Of a DNA stretch of 64,000 bases, positions 39,316 to 52,114 are shown piece after piece (within the stretch, counting starts at the first letter, position 1; every line of letters starts with the position of its first letter). Source of the stretch: Proteromonas lacertae (Eukaryota); the NCBI GenBank assembly GCA_002245135.1, contig NGBS01000876.1, forward strand, positions 186,001 to 250,000, read 5' to 3'. The position numbers and the translations under genes are program-made. The notes under the pieces are model-generated. The model saw only the letters and a list, made by a program, of their open reading frames with translations, made no database searches and was not told the DNA's origin.

Positions 39316-42300
39316 TGAAGTCTGTTACATCGTATTTATTTCACAGAAAAAAGTTACCAGGTATGAACGGATTTATATAGATGATAGAATCTCGTTTTAG
39401 TGCTCAACTGACTGAATTAGTGTCAGGCCCTTTTCTTATACAGGAACATGTTGAAGAAGTATTTTATCTTATTTTTATTGCAGTTTATAAAACGAATCAA
39501 TAACTCAATTCTACCGAACACTTGTCCAGAGTGTATTCAAGAAATTGACTTAATATTAAACTCGCCAAAACATTCAACCACAACTAAAGCTAATGCAATA
39601 GTATATCTTTTTATTTAATTGTTGTAAAATATACAATCTTTAATTGTTTTTACTTTATTTGATCTACTGACATATGGAAGTGAAAAATTTCCGAAGTTCA
39701 ATGGATGAATTCCTAATGAGAACATTAAAAAGAATAATTAAATATCATGAAGATACAGAATTAGAATTGTTATTAAAACCATTAGTGAAAAAATGGGCTA
39801 AAGAATTCATTAATGAAAAATACAAAGAAGGTGTAAAATACTACATAGAACTAGGTGATAAATTATTCACTAGAGGATTAATAGAAATGAATTCAGCAGA
39901 TTCAGCTCAAAGTAATTTTGCTCATAGAATAGTCTCAATGGAATCACTAAACAATGTAAATGGATATGCCAGTGTAGTAATTCGTCCAAATAAAGAAATA
40001 GATAGAGTAAAAGAAGAAGAAGAAACAACCAGCAATAGAAGAGATTCAATAGATGTTGTAATGACAAAGAAAGAAGAGAGTAAGCCAAGTGTAGTTGGAT
40101 TAGATTTAGAAACATTGAATGATAAGTGTGTAAAAGTATTAAAAGAAGCAAAAGAAGTGAATCAAACTGGAAAAGGTGTAGAAAAATGTTTAAAGAAATT
40201 AATAAAATTAAAATCATTGATTGAAGCTACTTTAGATTCACAGAAAGATATTGATATTAGTAAAAGAGAATGGTTTCAAGGTGTGGAAACTAAAATGTCT
40301 AAAGTGATCGAAAGATTTAATGAATTATCAAATGAATCAAAAGAAAGTGATGAAAGTGAAAATGGTGAGAGTGATACAGATAATGAGATTGAACATATAA
40401 GTGTAGTGAAAAAAAATTCAAAGAAACATATAAAACAAGTAGAAGAAGAAGAAGAAGAATATGAAAAAGAAGTGGAAGATGAAAAACCAAGAAAGAAATC
40501 AATATCTAACAGACATCTCCATTCAAAAGAGGAGAATGAAGAAAATAGTGAGAATAAACATCGAAAACATTCAAGTAGACATTTGAAAGAGGATAAACAA
40601 CAAAATGAAAAAGATGTGGAAGAAGGATTGAGAAAGAAATCATTATCAAATAAACACCTTCATTCAAAAGAAAGTAATGAAGAAGTTAATGAAAATAAAG
40701 GTAGAAAGCATTCAAATCTACATTTGAACCAAGGACAACAACAACAATTAGAAACAAAAGTGGAAAAAGAAAAAGAGAAAAATCATAAGCATCATCATAA
40801 AGAGCAGAAGAAAGAAGAAAAAGAAAAAGAGGAAGATAATGATGATGAAGAAAAAGAATCAAAATTACCACCTCCTCCATCTACTCTTCATATAGTTACA
40901 TCTCCTCCTCCAGACCAAACAAATCAAAAAAGACAAAGAACTGCTTCCTTACCATCACCATCTTATGATTCATCTAAACCATCAACAAATGTTTTTAATT
41001 ATAATAACAATCAAAGAAATATGGATTTAACCAAATCAATAAGTGATGTTTCAATTTCATCTCATAATCTTAATCTCTCATCTAGACAACTAAGTAAATC
41101 AACATCACATTTAGGATCTAAAACAAGTGGTAAACCTCCATTAAGTCCTGCTAGTTTGAAAAGAAAAGAAATGCAACAGCTAATATCACCAGTAGGAGGA
41201 AGAAATACATCAATTCCTCAACAAAGACAATTTTCACCTACTAATCCATTTTTAAATCCTGAAATTGTTAATAATACAAGACATCAAAGATCTAATTCTG
41301 ATCAAATATTTAACTCTATTTCTGGAATAACTAATCCATTCTTAAAACCTCCGCCACCACCTGCTCCAAAGATTCCTAACTTTAATAATCCATTGAAAGT
41401 ATATCTAGATACACCATCAGGGAAATTAGAGCCAATTGAAGAAAGAGAGTATATTAATTTACTGTTTATTGTTTTTAATATAGTTCAAATTGGGATTTAG
41501 GAAATAATGATTTAGATATTAAAGATATTGTATATATGAATGTTTATAGTTTATATTTCATAGTTGCAAAAGAAAGAAAATGATACTGCAAACCCATTCT
41601 TAGGTTCAACAACTCCAAAGAAAGAGAATTTATCATCAAGACATATCACAGGTAAAAATCCGTTTGAAAGTCCAACAATAGTTGAAGAAGAAGTAGAACA
41701 ACCACAACAAAAACCAGTAACAGCACCATCACAAGTAACAAATCCATTCATAAAATTACAGAAAGAATCAAGTGATTCGTCAGTACCGAAGAATCCATTT
41801 CAAGGGATATCAGATGCAAATCCATTTAGTAATACAAGAACTCGAAGTAACTCAATGCCTGTTGATTCATCATCCACCAATTTGTTTACCAATCCTTATT
41901 TCATGAGTCAAACTACAACCTTTAATAATTCATCTCCATCAAATATATTTACTCAAAAACAACAACCTGCAACAGAAAGTAGAAAAAGATTTAGTACAAA
42001 TCCATTTGATATGGTTGATGATGAAGATGTAATAAGAGCAGCAAATGAAGATTTCACACCTGTAGCTGATGAATTGGATAAAGAAAAAGAATTACCAGAT
42101 CATCAAGAAACAGTAGAAGAAAAACCAGAAGATGAAGTGGTAGAAAAACCAGAATCTAATTCTGATTTATTTGCTTCAATGTTTGCTTTCAATCCAGAAC
42201 CACCACCACAACAACAATCATCTGAAGAAGGTGAAGAGAAAAAAGAATCAAATTCTGATTTGTTTGCATCTATGTTTGATTCTATTGAGTCAAAACCAGA

Positions 42301-42445
42301 TGCAATAGAAGAACAAACCAAAGTTGATGATATAGAATCACCCAAAAAGCCAACAGTGAGTGACCAGTTTATATCGTCAATGTTAAACACAATACCTGAT
42401 AAGGTTGAATTAAATAATAAAAATAGTGAAGAAAATAAAAACTAA
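39316..42445 (+). CDS. VHS-like domain + long low-complexity region with multiple NPF motifs (endocytic adaptor-like)
   Basis: Spliced N-terminus ...CPECIQEIDLILNSPKHSTTTKANAIV|LFDLLTYGSEKF is VHS-like. One frameshift between 39671 and 39706. Eight NPF motifs and two SDLFASMF repeats. Confidence 0.65.
39603..39653 (+). other. Candidate U12-type AT-AC intron (51 nt)
   Basis: ATATCTTTT...TCTTTAAT-TGTTTTTAC. Removal continues the frame A-N-A-I-V-L-F-D-L-L. Confidence 0.75.
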
Positions 42446-42666
42446 AAACTAAATATCAAACTGTATAACTATATACTCTTAATTTGTTTAAATGATTATA
42501 AATATAGTTTTTAATATTATTGTGTATTAACTTTATTTTGTTCTGTAAAGGGTTATATAGAACTTATACCTCTTTTTGTTATTTTGTTTTAATTAATCAC
42601 ATAAATAATTATATATATAAAGATTGTAATATAACATTAAATAAATAAATTTCTGCAAGTATTTGT

Positions 42667-42682
42667 GGTGTTCAAAAACACC
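42667..42682 (-). promoter_or_regulatory. Histone mRNA 3' stem-loop (H1)
   Basis: Minus strand GGTGTT-TTTG-AACACC followed by ACAA. Confidence 0.85.
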
Positions 42683-42721
42683 GGAAAAATACTCTACAAG
42701 ATATTGTAAGTATCAACAAAT

Positions 42722-43513
42722 TTAAGCAGATTCAGCTTCTGTCTTGTCAGCACCTTTTTTACCTCCTTTCTTTGGACTTTTCTTCTCAGGCAGCTGGTTT
42801 TTCAGCTTTCTTGGCTGGGGATTTCTTTTCTTTTGGAGTTGATGTTTTCTTTGGAGTTGCTACTTTCTTTTCTTCAGCTTTATCAGTTGCTGGAGCATCG
42901 GTTGTGGGAGAATTATTATCTACTGCTGGTTTGCTTTCTTCTTCTTTCTTCTCATCCTTTGATTTCTTGGCTGCTTTTGGTTTCTTTTCAGCCTTTGGCT
43001 TTTTCTCAGCTTTTGGTTTCTTTTCTGCTTTGGGTTTAGCAGCTTTCTTCTCAGTCTTTGGTTTTGCTGCTTTCTTTTCAGTCTTTGCTTTTTTGGCGGG
43101 CTTGTCTTTCTTGGTTGTAGATGGAGATCTTGCTCTCTTCTTTGGCTTTTCACCATCAGCAGCTTTTTTAGCTGGAGATTTGGTTGTTTTCTTGGCTGAT
43201 TTCTTACTTGATGATTTGGCGCCTTCAGTGAGTTGGTATGAATTCTTGTGGAATCTGTTTGGCTTTAGTTTCTCATCTTCTACAGACTTTTTTATCACTC
43301 TTCTCAACATATGATGTTGAAGTTCAATTCCAGAATGATGTTCTTTGATGTATTTTTCAATGGCTTGAACAGAGGATCCAGTACGGTCCTTTAATCCTAC
43401 TATTGCTTCTTTGATCAAATCTATAAAAAACAATTAGCTATAATAATAATACCAAAGTAGTGAATAGAAGGCTTATGTGGCTTCTTTTTATCAGTGGTTG
43501 ATGCAGCTGGCAT
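42722..43513 (-). CDS. H1: Linker histone H1 with globular H15 domain; one intron (43421-43452); 1-nt frameshift near 42790
   Basis: LIKEAIVGLKDRTGSSVQAIEKYI, Lys/Ala/Pro tail with KPKAEK repeats and S/TPKK motifs. The shifted frame adds EKKSPKKGGKKGADKTEAESA* ending at 42722. Confidence 0.92.
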
Positions 43514-44588
43514 TTTTGTTAATATCTAAGAAAAGTGTGAATAAAAGGCGGTTAAAAATAATACACTCAATACACACAAATTCGAATGAAGCAATTTTAT
43601 TGGCTAAACTTAAAAAAGTGGGGTTTTGATCTTTCAATTCTATTTTGCACTATAATCACGCTTTATTTTTCAATTTGTTTTATATTACATTTATCGATAA
43701 CAGTAATTTGCATACATCGATTTATCATATTTAGTGGTTCATTAAGTTTTATAGGGAAGCTTTATTAGACTTAAATCAAATATTGCGGCTCATGAATAAC
43801 CGTTTAAATTTCATAATAAAAAAAGTAGAGTTTATTAGGCAATATGGATTAGTTACATATTGATACTATATGTAGCTAATGTATGACATGTATACTATAG
43901 AATCAAATATTTGTTTGTCCCAAAATCTAACATGAACATGGTGAAAATAGAATAAAAAAGAAGGAGATTAGAAATTTTATTAATCATTTTTTTTATGTAA
44001 AAGAGAAAGAAATAAGAAGTTATACTTCTAAGACATATTAGTTTATAGCTGACTAAGTAAATGCCCATATTACATACAAGAGATCATGAGTTTTTGACTT
44101 AATCATCGGAATAATCATATCACTGTCTTATATTTATGACTTGTAAAATATAAAATTTGAATTTACATATAGTCATAAATCCTATATACAGAGTTAATAT
44201 ATAAATATATAGATAATTTATAAAATCATGATTCAACACAAAAACCATATAACTCTTACTATATATCTATAGTGTCTTTTTCTATATAATGCAGTATTCT
44301 TCATACTCATATCTTTGACAAAAATATGATCATATGCTTATTACCTTAATCCAATTACATTTATTCTGCATTTACATTTTATGTATATCCTATTTCATAT
44401 TGAAATCATTCTTATACCAATTATGAAAATCACTTATATACTATATTTTATCTATAATATTGTTTTTATATATTCAATAATTATCTTGAAATGAAGAAGA
44501 TATTGACGATTTTATATTTTTGATCCAAAATTTTCACTCAACGTTTTGATACACCAATTCTTTAAATCATGAATAATTATTTTAATTA

Positions 44589-45365
44589 ATGCATTTAATC
44601 ATATATGTTTATATTTTTGCATTTATTAGCATTTTATCTAGCATAAATGCACAAGATATATCATATAAGAGCAAATCAAGAACTTCACATCTTATCCAAA
44701 GTATGTTTGTTAAACGAAAAACAGTATGCAATGAGCAAGGATGTTATAATCCAGGACCAAAAGCTCATATATCATGTGGTTTTGGATTACTCTATTGTTC
44801 CAATTGTCCTTCACCTGATGATGAAGGAACGCTATGTATTAATGTGATATATATGTATAATATAATAGTTGACACTTGGGAATCTGATGTAAATGATTCA
44901 CAATGTGAAGTTGAAGGCTGTATATATTAATTTATACATAATATTAATTATTACACAATAGTATTAATCTTCACAATTCCAAACGATGCTTCTGATGAAA
45001 TAATAAATGAAGAATTCATAAATGGAAATATAGCCTTAATCGAAAGAGGGAAGGTCTCATTAGCAGAAAAAATACAAAGAGTTCAGGGTGTAGGAGCAAT
45101 AGGAGTCATTATAATAGATAATGATGGTGAGTGTGATGATAATTTTAATTGTGGAGTTTTAGGTAGTAAGGAATCTGGAGATGGATTTGGTAAGAATGAT
45201 ATGTGGGAATTATGGCAAAACATAGAAATACCAAGTGTGTTAATAACTAAAAGTACAGGTGAGAAAATAAAATCTACAATGAGTTTAGTGAAATCTAATA
45301 TTTCACCATATGGATTGCAGTATTATGATAAGAATATGTATAATTATTTTGAAGAAGAGTTGTAG
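44589..45365 (+). CDS. Secretory-pathway PA (protease-associated) domain protein
   Basis: Signal peptide, Cys-rich segment, GNIALIERGKVSLAEKIQRVQGVGAIGVIIIDN, ends EEEL* (KDEL-like). Two introns. Confidence 0.8.
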
Positions 45366-45559
45366 TAAAAGTGTTATATATGTTTTTTTCTCTCTACATT
45401 TTATAATATATTTTTAATATTAAGTTTATTTATATTTTATTTTGTTGCTTATTGTTTAATGTCTTATTTGAATATTCAATTCTCTTTCATTTATATCATT
45501 TTCTGATATATTTATTTTTCTTATTGTTTTGTTATAATATTTAAGTTTTTCTTTTAATG

Positions 45560-46030
45560 GATGATATGTAAATGATTAATAAATCAAGAGTAAATCACAC
45601 ACTTTTAAATCACCATTCTCTATTACAACATTTGAACTCTTCAAATTACTTATCATTAAATCATTTTCTCTCAGTATCATCAATATATCACATATCTCAA
45701 AAATAACACCACAAATATCTTAAATAATAATCTCTCTTGTATATCATCATATTATCCCCGCATATATAAATTTTGTGTGGAATTGAGATAAATATAAAAC
45801 ATTTTGACAATATAGAGTAATTTTCATTATCTTATTTGCTTTTATTCTGCATAACTTTAATATTTTCATTGTCTTATTATCATTTTGATGAGTTACTACC
45901 TAATCTTCTTCATTTTCACTCTATTCTACCCTTTGTTTTATCTACATAAATAAAACAATAAAAATTCATTTGCATAAGATGGTAATGTCGAGGATATTAC
46001 ATAATCTACGAAAGTTTTTAAGCAAAACAT
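45560..46030 (-). pseudogene. Relic of the pseudokinase family
   Basis: KTFVDYVISSTLP and IKQRVE*SENEED*VVTHQND align to the 23150 copy. In-frame TAG stops, lost 5' splice site. Confidence 0.7.
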
Positions 46031-46205
46031 TTTCAAGCTTTGTTTGATGTTTCAAAATATTGAGCCGTTTCATAATTATTTATTTTATTCTTTATTAATT
46101 ATAGAGGAGACTATAGCAAATCTAATTTAGTACAATTAAATAATAACCAAAGAAACAACAGAATAGAGTGAAATTAAGCATAATATTATATCATAATTCA
46201 ATATC

Positions 46206-49200
46206 TTATCTATCCAAATATCTGATTTTAGATATAAATAAGTATAAACATAAAATCACCACAAATATGGCTATAAATTCATATCCAATGAAATTCCATA
46301 ACAAATCAAATCTCATTCCATAAAATCCAAGTAAGTATTCATGAATTGTCAAAGTAATATTACCTTCAATACGAACAGTTGGACAAGCAGCTTTATTTGT
46401 TTCAAAACTATCACATTTAAACTGATTTATAGATGCTGCTTGTAAAGCATACATCTCAGGATTTACCCAAAATAACCATTTCCATGGAGCTTTCAATGTA
46501 CTGTATGGAGTTAAAAATCCAGTAAATGTCATTAACATACTAACTGACATTCCTATTACTGTAGCAGCAATACCATCTTTAGAGAATAAATAAGAGAAAC
46601 ATTGAGCTAATAAAGAGCAAAACATAAACCATTCAAATGTCACTAAGAATTGTATTAATACTTTCTTTATATCACCATCTAATCCAACCATTGGATAGAA
46701 TATCAGATTAAATCCTAAAGCAATTATAAAAACACACACTGCTTCAACAAATACAATAGAAAATAAATGTGAAAATGGATGATATGTTTTCATTGCATCT
46801 TCTCTATAAAACATCATTCTTGATCTTATTAAGAATTCCACAATGGGATTCATCACACTCATCGCCATAAACATCATTGTAGTACTTATTCCAGCAAATT
46901 TACTTTGAAGTCCACCTTGATAACTATCATCTACTTGAAAATATACTACACCATAGGCTAATGTTACTATGAAGATTTCTTCAAATCTTGCCAAATTAAA
47001 ATCAAGTTTTCTCCAATTCATTCGGAAATTTCTTTTGGTTACTTCATAGATTTGTCTGAATATTGAAACTGAATATTTTGATTTTGATTTGACTGATGGT
47101 TGATCAGAATTCTTTATTTCATTTATTATACTCAAATTATCTTCATACAATTTGCTTTTCATATAATAATCACCAAATTGAATAGTGTTTTTACCATCTA
47201 CACCAGCTCCTGTTACTTCTAACATCCAACTAGCTGGATTTTCATTCTCTTTAATCTTTGGTACATTTTCTATCTCACTTATATATTCTACCACTTTTGA
47301 ACCATGTTCACCTAATGGACCTAAATAAACTACTTTTCCACCTCTTTCCAATAATAATACATCACTAAATAATTCAAATATTTCATAAGATGGTTGATGG
47401 ATTGTACAAATTATACTTCTTCCACTTTCAGCAATTCTTTGTAAGACTTGACATACTAACAATGCAGATGAACTATCTAATCCAGTTGTTGGTTCATCTA
47501 AGAACAATATTGATGGATTAGCTGCTAATTCTATTCCAATCATCACCAATTTTCTTATACCCATTGGCAAACCATTCTCTTTTGTTCCTATCATCATATT
47601 TTTATATTCACTCAATCCTAATAATTCGATTGTTTCATCTACATATTTCATTATCACATTATCTTTGGGATTTCCTGGATATCTTAATCTACCACTAAAC
47701 ATTAATGCTTCTTTCACAGTCTCAGTTTCAGGTAATGTATCTTCTTGTTCTACATATCCACTTAACATACACAAATCATTGGGTTTATATTCTTTTCCAT
47801 TCAATAAGAATTTACCTTCGATCTTTCCTTGTGTTTTTCTGTTTGCTAATACATCTAATAATGTTGTTTTACCAGCACCACTTGCTCCCATTAAAGCAGT
47901 CATACTGTGAGATCTTACAAATCCACTTACATCATTCAATAACACTTTATCTACTTTTCTTTTTGTTATTGGATCTTTTACTCTTACACTGTATTTGACA
48001 TGTTCAAATGAAAAATCTACATTTTTTACTGGATTATCAAGTGAACTAGTTTTTCTTTCACTTATATTTTTCTTTAATTTTTCCATTTCTTTTACAGAAT
48101 CTTTATCTACTGTTTTGCTTGGATAGAATGGATCATATTGGAAGAAATGAATTACTAATATTTGACATATTACAAAGAAGATATGTTCACATAACATGAT
48201 TATCAATGAATACCATATTTCACTTCTTTCTGTTGGAAAATCAAATGCTCCAAGATAGATTGCTGATTCTTCTTTTGTATATTTATTACTCGTAAATTCA
48301 TTTATTATTTGTGATTTTGTCATATGAGCGACTGGACTAAAGTAATAGAATTCAATTAACCAAACTGGAATACTCTTTCTTGTAACAGTAAAACCACCAA
48401 ATGTATTCATAATAAAACTAACAACAGGTAAAAATGAGCTTAATCCACCCATTGTTTCACATAAATAAACAAATATACCATTGCATGATAAGAATGTAAC
48501 ATAACCAAGAAATAAAGATAATATGTAAATGAAATAATATTCACCATTATTATCAAATGAAAATCCCATCATTGAATAGATTATTGTACCAAATAACATT
48601 GTTTCTATGAATTGAATCAGATAATTGCTGATCACATAACTGATTATATAAGCACTACTACTATAATAACCTTGTTTTAATTGTTTATATAATGGTGGTT
48701 TATTAATGAATGATGGGAAAATTACTGCCATAGAACCATTTACCAATGTTGCTAATGCCATATATATTCCACCAATTTTAGATATAAAGTCATTCTTATC
48801 AAGTCCAAAGAATATCCAACCAATAATTATACTAGCTGATATTTGTTGCATTGATCTTGCTATCATAACACCAGGATTCTTGTATATATTCTTACAGTGG
48901 TATTTAAATAAATACCATAACTGTTGAAAGAAGGACATTGTATGAGCTTGATAAAACATTAAATCATTATAATTATTGTGAATTTCTTTGGATGGAATTG
49001 TTTCTTCATTTACTTCTCTTTCAATCTTTTCATAACTTTCACTTTTATGATATAAGTCAACCATTGACTTTGTATCAACATTCACACTTTCATCTTTTCG
49101 AAATGATAATCTTGATTCTTCTTTTCCCATATCTGATAAAAATGAAGCAATATCTTTATTATTTGGAATAGTATAGCCAATTGAATTAAAATAATTCATA

Positions 49201-50159
49201 ATACACTCTTCATTTGATGATCCACCATAAATGATCTCACCTTCACTCAGTATTATCACATTATCAAACAGTTTTATTACCTCTGGATCTGGCTGTAATA
49301 AGTGACATACTAATATTCCTTCAAATATCTTTACCCATTGATTTAGGAATTTACATATGTCATACGTAACTGCACTATCTAATCCAGTACTGACTTTATC
49401 TAATAACAATACTCTGGCTGGACCTAGCTAATGCCTCACCTAATGTAACTCTTTTCTTTTCACCTCCACTAATACCTCGAATCATTTCATTACCAACTAC
49501 TGTATTTTCACATATGCTCAAACCTAATCTTTCTATCAACAGTCTGGTTTTATTACTCACATCTTCTTCTAATTTGGTATGGCCTTTCTTTGATAGATTA
49601 CCTTTACCATTCAAACAATGCACAGCGAAGTCGAATGTTTCTTTCACGGTCAAATTACCCAGTTGAATGTCATTTTGACCACAAAAACTACACAATTTCT
49701 TCCAGTTCAAACTCTCGATTGGCTTACCATCACATTTCACACTTCCTGTATGTTTACTGGATGGAATATAACCTGCCAATGCCATTTAAGAACGATGTAG
49801 TGCCAGAAGAAGGAGGACCAAATACCTAATGATTAAAATGCAAATATAAATACTAATGTAGATGAGCCAGACTGGAAATGGTAGGTAATATCTTTAAGAA
49901 CCACTTGTCTCTTCTTGCCTGATAAACGTAATCCATCTTTTAATTGATAGTAAACTCCAGTAACGACATTTAGCATTGTATCATACTCTCTTTTAGTCTT
50001 TTTTACCTCAAAAGTGTAGTCTTTAATCACAATATCAACTTTTGGTAAGTCGGGTAAATATGTTTTTAGCTCCTTTGCATATGTCTTATATTGCGAGTTT
50101 TCAACTTCTTTGACATCTGTTTGTTGTATAGTTGTTGGTAACATTTGAAGATCACTCAT
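46206..50159 (-). CDS. Full-size PDR-type ABCG transporter (NBD-TMD)x2; one intron and two 1-nt frameshifts (near 49786 and 49426)
   Basis: GISGGEKKRVT, STGLDS, LLQP, GASGAGKTTLLDVLA, FLDEPTTGLD, TIHQPS, NPASWMLE, two TM bundles. Confidence 0.92.
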
Positions 50160-50528
50160 TATAAATGCAACAGAACTGAAATTTTATTGGTAGTTTAAGA
50201 AAATATTTTGACAAAATGAGATATATAGTAGTGCCGATTAAAATGACCCTACAAATATTAAGCATTTTGTTATTTATAATTATTCCTAAAATAATCTTTG
50301 CATACAATGAATTATCATTGAAATCTAAATGTGTTTTAAAAACACAAAAAATCATGGCATAGTAAATATATTATGTGCAATGATATTTATTTAACAAATA
50401 GATATTGTATTTATAAAAATTAGTAAGAATTATAATAAATCATGATATAACCTTCTAATATATGCATTTTTATACACAAAAGAACATAAAACATCGTATT
50501 AATATATTAATAAAATATAATGCAGTGA

Positions 50529-51999
50529 TTACAGATGAACTCCTTTTACTTTGTCTTTAGCAAGCTTATCAGCTTCCTTTGCAAATTCTTTCTCTTCTTT
50601 ATCCAATATATTTTGATCTAATTCACCACTACTTTCAGGTAAACAAAACAAGCAGAAGAATGTACCAAAAGCACAAATTCCAGCAAATATGTAAAAACAA
50701 GCATCTCCACCAATTGCCTTATTCAAAATAGGGAATAAAAATGTGACACCAATGTTAGCAGCATTATCAATAGTAACTGAAAAACTCATACCTGAATCTC
50801 TAATAGGAGTTGGAAATACTTCACTGGCAATTACCCAAAACAAACATCCTGGACCACATTCAAACATAAATAAGAATATAATAATACCAATGATTGATAA
50901 AGCAGAAACATCAGCTGAAAAACTAATGCCAATTAATAAATTACCAAGTGTTAAACCTGCATAAGTAGCAATCATCAGTGTTCTTCTTTTGAATTTATCT
51001 AAAAATGGCATAATTATGACAACACTGACAGTATTCCATAATCCAGCTACTAAAAATGTTGCAATTAATGGATTATCCATTCCAACTTCACTTAGAAACG
51101 AATTACTGTAAAACATAATTGCATTAATACCTGATAATTGTGCTATAGCTCCTAAAGTACCTCCAATTGCATAAAACTTTGCTTTTTCTAATTTTGGAAT
51201 TTGATTCTCAGCTGACATAGAAGCTCTTCTTGATTTCTCTTTATCTACCATTCCTTTTTTCACAGGATCTTGTTTCATTAACCATATTTCAGTTTCATTT
51301 GTCCAAAATAAAGTGATCGCTAATACTACACCAATTATTGTACCAAGACCATATTGTACACCCCATTGCCAGTCTTCCAACTTTTTATTTTCATCATATT
51401 TTCCATTTGCAAATATCCAATTTACTAAATAACCTAACGCTAAACCAGTACAGATAAATAATTGATATAAACTACCTACTCTTCCTCTGTATTTGGCTCG
51501 AACTGTTTCTGTAACGTATAATGGACCAACACAACTACATAAACCTTCAGCAAAACCTAATATTAGTCTAATAAAAAATACAACCCAATAATCCTTAATA
51601 AAGGTTAATAGAAGAGGGGTTATTATTAAGATAATTGCAGCTAAAGCTAAACTTTTCTTTCTACCAAAACGATCAGCTATATACACACCAAAAGTACTAC
51701 CTACAACCATTCCAAATAATGGAGTTGAACTATAAAACCCCTATAATGATATTATAATCTAAAATTAAATACATCATAAAAAGAAAGTATATCAGATCCT
51801 GGATTATTGAAATATGTATATTTTATAAGTGGGACTTTGATGCCACTGACGTAACCATTATGATAACCATAAGCAATACCACATAATGAGTTAATTAAAC
51901 CTATTTCATAAAAATATGATGAATATAATAAAATAAATTGCAAAAGGGATAAAGTTGTATGTATGTGAATATACTAGGCACAATTAATTCGGTCAACAT
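50529..51999 (-). CDS. MFS sugar porter family transporter (2 introns)
   Basis: DRFGRK, ETVRAKYRG, QLSGINAIMFY, SEVFPTPIR, LPES. Confidence 0.92.
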
Positions 52000-52114
52000 T
52001 AGCAACAAAAGAATAAAAGCCCAAATATATCTTTATAAAAGATTTGAGTTTTGCTTGAAATAAAATTAAAAAAGAAAATATGTAATAAACAAATAGTAAA
52101 AAAACATTTTAAAG

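Noticed and set aside
42772..43314. Plus-strand 180-aa Phe/Ala-rich ORF resembling a membrane protein
   Set aside because: Antisense of the Lys/Ala-rich H1 tail.
43800..44580. Longest intergenic stretch as a possible ncRNA or transposon
   Set aside because: No ORF, terminal repeats or recognisable RNA motif by eye. An Rfam search would be needed.
51901..51974. Unusually long (74 nt) first intron of the sugar porter as a snoRNA host or U12 intron
   Set aside because: Ordinary GTATAT...TAG ends. No C/D boxes or U12 signals visible.
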